Source of the DNA: a virus | Lineage: Duplodnaviria > Caudoviricetes | IMG/VR virus record: IMGVR_UViG_3300032323_002985 | Coordinates: 1-34,400 of that record | DNA length: 34,400 bases | Direction: 5' to 3' (one strand) | Shown: positions 18,799-28,100 of the stretch, in pieces | How the letters are laid out: the number at the start of each line of letters is the position of its first letter | Position numbering within the stretch: position 1 is the stretch's first letter | Position numbers and translations under genes: made by a program | The notes under the pieces: generated by a model | Database searches by the model: none | Seen by the model: only the letters and a program-made list of their open reading frames with translations | What the model was told of the DNA's origin: nothing

Positions 18799-21700
18799 GT
18801 AAATTAAAAAGGATTTATCACATTGCGGATATACACATTCGTAACATCAAAAGACACAAAGAATTCAGAGAAGTATTCTATGCTATGTTTGATGAAATTA
18901 AGAAAAGAGGAACGGAAGATTCTATCATTTATTTGGCAGGGGATATTGCTCATGCTAAGTTAGAAATGAGTCCGGAATTGGTAAAAGAGATTAGTTGGTT
19001 ATTGACAGAATGTACAAATCATTGTGAAACTATTATGATTGCTGGAAATCACGATTGTAATATGAATAATGCTGATAGATTGGATGTACTTACTCCAATC
19101 GTTGATGCATTAAAACTACCAAACCTAACATACCTAAGAGATACGCAAGTTTATGCAATCGGAGATGTTGATTTTGCAGTATTTAGTATATTTGATAACA
19201 AAGATAATTGGCCTAAAGCTAACACATTATTCGGAAACAAAAAGATTGCATTGTTTCATGGACCTGTTGATAACTCCACAACCGATATTGGATATGTAGT
19301 TAGTAGTAGACATTTTACAACTGATATATTTGATGGATATGATTTAGCTCTGTTAGGAGATATCCATAAAAGACAAGAGATGATATCACCAAGCGGATGT
19401 AAGGTGGTATATGCCGGTTCTTTGGTACAACAAAACTTTGGTGAGACATTAGATAAGCACGGATTCTTAGTTTGGGATTTGGATACAATGACCTACGAAG
19501 AAGTTGATATCAAAAACGATTATGGGTATTATACTTTGGATGTTGATAGTGGAATTGTGCCGGATGTAACGGATATGCCATTGTACCCTCGTTTAAGAGT
19601 AAGGGTAAAGAATACGGATACCGCAGATACAAAGCGGATGATGGCTGATATTACGGCAAAATATGGAGTTGATGACTTTACAATCATTAGAACGGATTCA
19701 TTCAATACCAAGAAAACCAACGATAGAGAAGCAAGGTTGGAAGTAGATAGTGTGAGTGATATAAACCATCAAAACTCTTTAATAGGGGAATATGTGGAAC
19801 GTATGATGCCATTTGTAACGAAGGAGGACTTAGCTGGAATAGAAAAAATCAATCGTGACATTAATAGTAGAGTACAACCATCAGAACTACAACGAAATAT
19901 AAGCTGGAAGCCTGTAAGATTTGACTTCTCCAATATGTTCAGTTATGGGGAAGACAATATCATTAAGTTTGATAAGGTAAACGGACTGATGGGATTATTC
20001 GCACCAAACGCTCAAGGTAAATCATCCTTATTTGATGCAATCTCATTTTGCTTGTTTGACAAATGTAGTAGAGCATATAAGGCAGCTGCAATTATGAACA
20101 ATCGTAAATCAGATTTCCATTGCCAATTAGATTTCACTATTGATGGTGTAATGTATCATATCCGTAGGGAAGGTAGAACCATTAATAAAGGAAGGAATGT
20201 AAAAGTGGATGTGGACTTTTGGAGAGATGGTGATAGTGGAAGGGAATCCCTAAACGGAACGGAGAGAAGGGATACCAACCAAGTAATTGAAGGTTATGTA
20301 GGAAGGTATGAGGATTTCGTAATGACTGCTTTATCACTACAAGGTAACAACGCTCTATTCATTGATAAATCACAATCTGAAAGGAAAGACCTCCTTGCTC
20401 AATTTATGGGATTGGACATGTTCGATAAGCTATATGAAACTGCAACGAATGACATTAAGGATGTGAACGCTCTTATCAGAAATTTCAAGCGTACTGATTT
20501 TACGACAGAATTAGCCCAAAAAGAAACCGACTTGAACGAAAAGAAAATCGAGTATGGTAAATTAGATGCTGAAAAATTAGAATTAGAAAAAAGAAAGGGT
20601 GAGTTAGAAGAACAAATAGTAGGATTATCCCAACAAATAGTTCCAATTCAAGGTAATTTAGATATTAACGAATTAAATCGTAAAGTAACAAAGATTGATG
20701 GTGAATTAAAAAATTGGGGAGATTCAAAGTTAGACAAAACCACAAAACTTACGGAAGCAACTAAATTAGTTAAAGAGGCTAAAGAAACAATTGATTCCAA
20801 AGTTACTATTAATGGTACGGATATTAGTGAAGCACAAATTCAATTAAATTTAGTTAAGGGACAAATCAGAGATACAAAACATCAGATTCAATTATTAGAG
20901 CAATCAATAGATTCTAATAAAGAAAAGTTATCACACTTAGCGGAGCATGAATATGACCCTAATTGTAACTTTTGTATGAATAACGTATTCGTAAAGGATG
21001 CAAAAGAAACTGAAAAGAAGTTGGAGCAGCAAGGTAATCAATTAGAAACCTTAAATATTTTACATAATGCTCTATTAACTCAATTAGTAGATTTGGATGG
21101 TGTTGAAGACCAATTCAAAGAATGGAAAGAGTGGACTGATGAACATAAACGTTTAATTAGTGTTATAGAAAGATTGGAAGGTGATATCAGAACAGCAGAG
21201 TCTAAAATTGAATTATTACAAACTCAAAAAGAAAGTGTAAACGCTGATATTCAAAGATACAACGATAACGAAGAAACTATTACAAAGAATCAGGCGTTAG
21301 ATATCCAAATTCAAAATGTTCGTAGATTAAAGCAAGGTGTGGAAACTCAAATATCGGATGTAAACAAACTTATGTTACGATTGATGTCTGAAGTAGGTGC
21401 AACAAAAACCTACATTGATAATATGGTAGCTAAGATGGAGGAAGTAAAAGAATTGGAAACTAAAAACCAATTATATACATTCTACTTAGACGCAGTTAAA
21501 AAAGATGGAGTACCATACGAACTAATATCCAAAGCACTTCCAGCTATTGAAAACGAAGTGAACAACATATTAGGACAAGTGGTGGACTTCTCAATCTCAA
21601 TGGATACTGATGGAAAGAACATTAACGCTAGAATCGTTTATGAGGACCAGGAATGGGCTTTAGAGATGTGTAGTGGTATGGAGAAGTTCATATCGGGATT

Positions 21701-21941
21701 AGCGATTAGAGTGGCTCTAATTAACATCTGTAACCTGCCTAGACCTAACTTCTTAGTAATTGATGAAGGGTTTGGTACATTGGATGCCGATAACCTATCA
21801 TCCTTATTTATGATGATGCAGTATCTTAAAACTCAATTTGATTTTATTTGGGTAATTTCTCACTTAGAACAAATGAGAGATATCGTAGATGGACTTATCG
21901 AAATTAAAAAGGTAGAAGGGTTCTCTAAAATTAATTTTTAA
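18795..21941 (+). CDS. Fused SbcD/Mre11 nuclease - SbcC/Rad50 ATPase (gp47-gp46-like recombination nuclease)
   Basis: Phosphoesterase motifs IADIH, AGDI, AGNHD, LFHG, LGDIH. Then Walker A APNAQGKSS, coiled coil with central CNFC hook, signature CSGMEK, Walker B VIDEGFGTLD and VISH. Confidence 0.93.
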   Translation: MSKLKRIYHIADIHIRNIKRHKEFREVFYAMFDEIKKRGTEDSIIYLAGDIAHAKLEMSPELVKEISWLLTECTNHCETIMIAGNHDCNMNNADRLDVLTPIVDALKLPNLTYLRDTQVYAIGDVDFAVFSIFDNKDNWPKANTLFGNKKIALFHGPVDNSTTDIGYVVSSRHFTTDIFDGYDLALLGDIHKRQEMISPSGCKVVYAGSLVQQNFGETLDKHGFLVWDLDTMTYEEVDIKNDYGYYTLDVDSGIVPDVTDMPLYPRLRVRVKNTDTADTKRMMADITAKYGVDDFTIIRTDSFNTKKTNDREARLEVDSVSDINHQNSLIGEYVERMMPFVTKEDLAGIEKINRDINSRVQPSELQRNISWKPVRFDFSNMFSYGEDNIIKFDKVNGLMGLFAPNAQGKSSLFDAISFCLFDKCSRAYKAAAIMNNRKSDFHCQLDFTIDGVMYHIRREGRTINKGRNVKVDVDFWRDGDSGRESLNGTERRDTNQVIEGYVGRYEDFVMTALSLQGNNALFIDKSQSERKDLLAQFMGLDMFDKLYETATNDIKDVNALIRNFKRTDFTTELAQKETDLNEKKIEYGKLDAEKLELEKRKGELEEQIVGLSQQIVPIQGNLDINELNRKVTKIDGELKNWGDSKLDKTTKLTEATKLVKEAKETIDSKVTINGTDISEAQIQLNLVKGQIRDTKHQIQLLEQSIDSNKEKLSHLAEHEYDPNCNFCMNNVFVKDAKETEKKLEQQGNQLETLNILHNALLTQLVDLDGVEDQFKEWKEWTDEHKRLISVIERLEGDIRTAESKIELLQTQKESVNADIQRYNDNEETITKNQALDIQIQNVRRLKQGVETQISDVNKLMLRLMSEVGATKTYIDNMVAKMEEVKELETKNQLYTFYLDAVKKDGVPYELISKALPAIENEVNNILGQVVDFSISMDTDGKNINARIVYEDQEWALEMCSGMEKFISGLAIRVALINICNLPRPNFLVIDEGFGTLDADNLSSLFMMMQYLKTQFDFIWVISHLEQMRDIVDGLIEIKKVEGFSKINF

Positions 21942-22104
21942 CAACCGGTAATATATTTTTAGGTGGGGTCTTCTTTGAGGACTCCACTTTTTCTTTTATA
22001 AGCGTTTCAATTAATCCGCTTATTTTATATCCTTTCTCTTTACAAAATTCCTTTAATAATTGATGAACATCAGCATCAATTTGTATCATTGCGTACTTTT
22101 TCAT
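21931..22104 (-). CDS. Ribbon-helix-helix DNA-binding protein (57 aa; not in ORF track)
   Basis: Manual translation: MKKYAMIQIDADVHQLLKEFCKEKGYKISGLIETLIKEKVESSKKTPPKNILPVVKN*. Pattern is a beta-strand, helix, G-x-x-x-S turn, helix. It fills an otherwise 254-bp gap. Confidence 0.8.
   Translation of the reverse strand: MKKYAMIQIDADVHQLLKEFCKEKGYKISGLIETLIKEKVESSKKTPPKNILPVVKN
21963..21997 (+). terminator. Rho-independent terminator after the SbcD-SbcC fusion
   Basis: GTGGGGTCTTC-TTT-GAGGACTCCAC, an 11-bp stem with two G:U pairs, followed by TTTTTCTTTT. Confidence 0.75.
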
Positions 22105-22165
22105 AACGTTTCTTTAGTTTTCTTTAGAATTCTAATATAATTATAAACATAAAAAATTTAAGTAA

Positions 22166-22173
22166 ATATTTAT
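22166..22173 (+). promoter_or_regulatory. ATATTTAT motif, putative phage late promoter
   Basis: 22 nt upstream of the tail fibre ATG. Confidence 0.65.
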
Positions 22174-22195
22174 CATAGAATAATATAAGCACACT

Positions 22196-25100
22196 ATGGC
22201 AATAATTAAAAAATTCGCAGAAAATCTTACCCAACCACTCACATCGTTTGGTACTTTTTTAGTGGATACTAATCCAACTTCAACGTACTTTAAAATAACC
22301 GAATTTAAAGATGCATTTACTGGAGGTAAAAATGGTTTTCTGATTGAAGGTTCGGAACATCTTATGGAATCTACTGAAATAAAGATTCAGATATTAGATG
22401 TTAATGGTAACCCAATTTATTATGAGCCTGGTAATGGTGTTCCGGAATATTATGAAGGTACATCTAAATTAGTTGCTGTTTATGTATATGAGGATACACC
22501 AATAGGTACTGCTAAAATAACTGTATTAGGTGAGTTAAAAACTTATTTAGATGAAGGTGGAGCTGTTTTACCAATACCGGATGATTGGAAAAATGTATAT
22601 AATGTTAAGTGGGAAAAGGAATTTAAAGTAAATAGATTACTTTCAAATGAAGATAAAGTAAGATTTTATAGAAGACCACAAGTAACAATAAATGAAATAG
22701 TAAAACCTATTTTTAATAATGTAACAACTACTGTTGTACAAACAGGTTCATTAAGTGGACAGGCGCAAGCACCAAGGGTTGGAGAACCTTTAAGTGATTA
22801 CAATGCACCAACAACTTATTTATTAGAAATTGAAGATTCAACAAATTGGACTGGTTCAATAGTAGGTAATACCATCAACGTACCAGCATTAGGATATAGC
22901 GCAGTAGTTGATAGTGTAATAAATAATAAACAGGTATTAGTAATAAATCCATATACTGAAGCATCACCACTTGGTTCAGCATACAGTCCAATTGTTACAA
23001 ACTTTTTAGATGAAGGATATACTGCATCATTTAATTATGTAGAAGGTGTAAACAATTTAAAAACAGCATTGACCGGTTCATTTGCTAAAATTGTACTTTC
23101 TGATTTAACTACATTTGTTGGTGATGTTTCTAGGGTAAAAATATTTAGAAAATCTCAATCAGATTTAGCAGATTATCAATTTATTCAAGAGATAAGACTT
23201 GAATCAAATGAAATACTTAGGGATTTAGAATCACAAGTAAAAAATGAAGAATTTTATGGTATTTTTGATACAAGCAATTTTAAAAACTATTGGATTACTT
23301 CATCAAATAATATTACAACTACATTTAATCAAAATTATTTATATAATTCGGTAAAGTTAAATAGTAATAATTCTAACTTCTTTCACACAACAGCTTCGTT
23401 AGGTGTTACACAAAATATAGAATATACACTTACATTTAATACACGTATTGGAACTGGGTCTGTAAATCCAAATAATTATATAAGAGCATTTTTAAGTGGT
23501 TCAAAGAGTAGTAGTGTTAATGGTTCTCCTAAAATTGTTCAAGTAGAAAAAAATATTGTAACTGTAACATCTGATAGTTCTTTGTTACAAAAGAACCAAA
23601 TAACTGCAAATTTTAAAGCTGAGGAATCTAATAATACAAAACTTTATTTTGAAGTTAAAGGTAATGATTGGTATATATCTGATGTTAGTTTAAGAGCTTC
23701 GCAAGAAACAGCATATTCTCCTGATGAAATTACATTTATTCAAAGCGTTCCAAGAACTTTACCAGAAGAAACATTTGATTATAGATTTGAATTTTACGAT
23801 ATAAATAACAATTACATTCCTGTTTTAGTTGAAGAAAGTAAAACATTTAATGGAGGTAATATACAAAGAATACAAAAAGGATTAGTATTTACTCCTCGTT
23901 CTTTACAATTTCAATTTGATTCTGGCTCACAACCAGTTCCACCAACTGTAGTTGGTTTTACAGTAACAAAAAATTTATTAACTGGTTCGATAACATATAC
24001 ATCTCAATCTTTTGATTTTGATGGAAATGAATTATCGGGTTCTGACTACACAGCATCTTTTACAGGTAGAAGATATCCGGGTTTACTTAGTGATATTACA
24101 TCCGATGCACCAACAATGACAGTTGGTAACTTTACAGGTTCAAGAACTGATAAGACTGTACAATTAATTAAAATTACTGGTGAAGTTGAAGGCTTTACGG
24201 ATACGGTAATATTCAGTAGAGTGTTAGATGGATTTGGTGGTGTAAATTATTTAATTAGACCTTATAGAGGAACTCAAATTAGAAATAGTAGTACTGCATC
24301 ATTAGAATTACAAGCAGTTCGTATTGATGGTGTAAATGATATCGAATTAAGTAGTACAACTAAACCTGAAAAAGGATGGCCTGATAAACAACTTCATATT
24401 ATATCACGTTCGGCAGATGGGGCTGAGAAGTTTGTAAACTTAGCATACGCATCATCAAGTAGATACATATATGGATTAACTACTGGTTCATTGGGTAGTG
24501 GTGAAATAAATTATAACGCAACTTTTAATAGAGATTCAATTGATTTTAGAAGAACAATATATTTGATTTCATCTCAATCAGCAGCAAGTGGACCTGCATT
24601 CTTAACATCTGGCTCGGTTGTAGCATCTATAATATTAGAAGATTTGCAAGATGGATTGGATAGTGGTATTATAACATATAATGCAGATTCGTTTACAATA
24701 AATCCAAGAACAGAAACAACATTTAGACCTTCATTTGCATTTGCTACTGCATCTTTTGCAAAAAGAGGAACGGCTGCATCTGAAATTGAATCGGTAACTG
24801 CATCATTTCAGGTATATCCATCAATGTCAATAAATAAAGATTGGGTTCCTGAATATTGGATGTATTATCATACACAAAGTTTACATCCAACTATAACTGT
24901 TTCGGCAAGGGATGAGAATAGAAATATAATACCATCGCAAGTAGTAAGTGGTAATGTTAGAAGTCCATTAAATCAAACTAAAACTTTAACATTAGCGTTT
25001 ACATACACCGAACCTTGGACATCCGCATCGGTTACTATTGATAAAACATTTACAATTGTTCCTGAAGGTAAGCAAGGTGATGAGAGTATTATATTCGAAG

Positions 25101-28100
25101 TAAATCCAGTAGCTGTAACTTTAGGAGCAAATTCAAGAGGTGTAGTTAATGATTTTATACCATCCATAACTGATATTAAATTAAAGCAGGGTTCAAGGTA
25201 TTTAGCATTTAGTTCTAGCGCTGGAGTTTTAAATAACTTAGATACACATGGTACATTCTACATAGCAACATCTTCAATTAGAGAGAATAGAGTTAAAGCA
25301 GGTAATGTACATTTTACATCATCGTTTGGAACTCCATACACAGCATCATTAATTGTAAGTGCTTCATCAAATATGACAGATTTGAGTGGAAGTATTGAGT
25401 ATCCATTAATTATTCATCCATATTACACATCTTCGATTTATACAGCAAGTGTAGTTGTAAATTATACTAAAGTATTAGAAGGACCTCCACCAATTCAAAT
25501 ATTAATAACACCACCAAACACAACATTAACTGCGGATGAGGTTGGATTTGTAACACCAGTTGGATACGCACCAACTAATACAACAATACAAGTAAAAGAA
25601 GGCGAAGATTTTTTAAGATTCACAACTCAATCAGCAGCACCTGGTACTTGGAGAATTAATTCAATTGAAACTAGAGGTGGTTCTATTTGGAATATAAGAA
25701 CAGGTTCATTATCTTCTTCTTCATTAAGTACTGCAACAATAAATTATAATAGATTTGATTATCCGTATGTTTCCGCAAGTGCATTATATACAATTCAAGT
25801 ATATCCATTTGCGTTAGGAGCTGGACATCAACCAACATCATCTATCTATACTCGTACTCAAACATTTACAAAAAATGTATCAGTCCCAAATGCTAGGACA
25901 GTAGAATTAAAAGCAAATCCATATACTATAAATTATGATAGAGATGGGTATAGAGTTTCACCTGAAGGTGATGTTGAACTAAAAGCAACAGCTCTGAATA
26001 CAACTGGTTCTGCTTGGTTTACTTTATTTTTTGTTGATACGGATGGTTCTGAAACTTTATATGATGGACCTTACTTTGAAGGAGCTGGTATAACTGAAAA
26101 AACATTTTTCATACCTGGAACAGACGCTGCAGGTCCTGAAGAAAATAAAACTTGGAGAGTTAAAATAAGCGATGGTAATGTTTATACATCATCTATATTA
26201 AATCCATATAGAGCTGAAGGTCAATTAACGATTGCAGGTATTAAGGCAGGTGCGGATGCATATAAAGTATCTCCTGATAATATATCAACATCAATTACTG
26301 CGGAATTATTTAGTACATCTTCAATTGGAACGGCTATTAAATTACCAACGTATAAAGGTACTACTCCTTTGATAAATGTTACATCTGGTAATTATCCACC
26401 ACCACAACCAACCGATTTGGATAATTTAGAAAACTTAATTGGTATATTAGGTTATTCATCTGCATCTATTGTTTACAAATCACCATGGATTACACTTCCA
26501 TCAAATAGATTAACAACAAATCCAGCATCTATGGGTAATATTATAGCTTGGGATAAACCAGCTATTAATAGAAGTGGTGAAGTTGTTTATAAAATTGACT
26601 TTGAAGGATATTCTCCATTTGTAGCAAACGATTTTATTAGTAGACCTCCTACTAGACAAACGGAATTTGTAACACAATCATTCGCTGTTCAATTCACCGA
26701 ACCAGCACCATACGATGTTAAGATGCAGAATGAAAATTCTTCTGTTGTTTATAGAGTATCTGGTGAAGTTGAGTTAAATACAACATCTAATATAATACGA
26801 GCATATAGAGGTACTTATGAACTTACTAATAGACCATTAGGATTTACTGGACCTAAAATTGATGCGTATGGTAGTTCATCGTATGAGTATCAATGTACGG
26901 TAGAAGTTCACTCTAAACCAAATTGGATTCATTTAGATAATGACAATATTGATGTAGATGATAAATTACCAGGTACACCGGCTAGTATGCCTGGTATTAC
27001 TGCATGGGATAATCCTGAAACAAATCCAACTGCTGAAATTGTATATCGTGTAAATTGTGAAGGCAGACAAACTTTCTTTAAAACACAATCATTAGCTATT
27101 CAGTTTGAAGGAGCAGTTGGACCTGGTATTGTTATGAGAGGTGAATGGTCACCATTAACTGATTATATAGGTCAAGTTGAAACTACAAACAATCGTAGAG
27201 ATGCAGTAACTTATTTAGCAACGCAAGATACCGTAAAGTATTACGCAGCAATTAGTGGTTCTGGTCCTAATACAAATGACCAAAATGGTGTACCTGTTGG
27301 GTATCATGCACCAACTGTTGATGGTAATAATGATTGGTGGGAATATTTGGGTGACCAAGAATTCTTTGTAGCAGCTAAGATTGCTATATTTGAAGAGTCT
27401 TATGTTAAGAATACAATCAATGTTGGTACAAAAGATGGTACTGGTGCATTTGCAAACATTGTAATAGCTGGTGGTAGAACTGACCCATATATCGCTATTG
27501 GACAAAACGCAACTATTGGTACATCTGGAAATTCTGGTACTACATTAAACCCTGGTGGTAGTGTAATTGGATACGATAGACCGGGTATTTTCTTGGGAAT
27601 TTATGAGCAGGGAGCAAGTGGTACAACTGGTAGATTCTCTATAAAAAATACAGCAGGAAATAGATTCCTCAAATGGAATGGTGAAGGATTGGAAATCGCA
27701 GGTGATATTACTGTAACAGGTGGTAATGCAGCAACATCTCAAGCCGTAAGTGGTTCAGTAGCATCTGGTTCATTTACAGCAACTCAAATAGCAGCAGCAA
27801 ATACTGCAGTAGCTGTAAATGCTCTTAGTGGTTCATTAGGTGCTATGGCAGCTATTAGTGCAATTAATAGTGGTAATGCTACCACATTTATTGGACCGGG
27901 TGTTATTGTGGCAAATATGTTTGCTGGTACTGCGATTCAATCTACAAACTATGTAGCAGGTACTCATCCTAATTTTTCACAAACTGGTACGTTTATTAAT
28001 TTGGCTGGAAGTTCAATACGAACTCAAGGATTTGCGGTAGATAGTTCCGGAAACGCTTTCTTTAGAGGAAATTTAAGTGGAGCAAGTGGTACATTTACTG

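Noticed and set aside
2330-22152. ATAAACATAA recurring at 2330, 16950 and 22143
   Set aside because: Only three copies in very AT-rich leaders; cannot be distinguished from chance or from A-rich translation enhancers without statistics.
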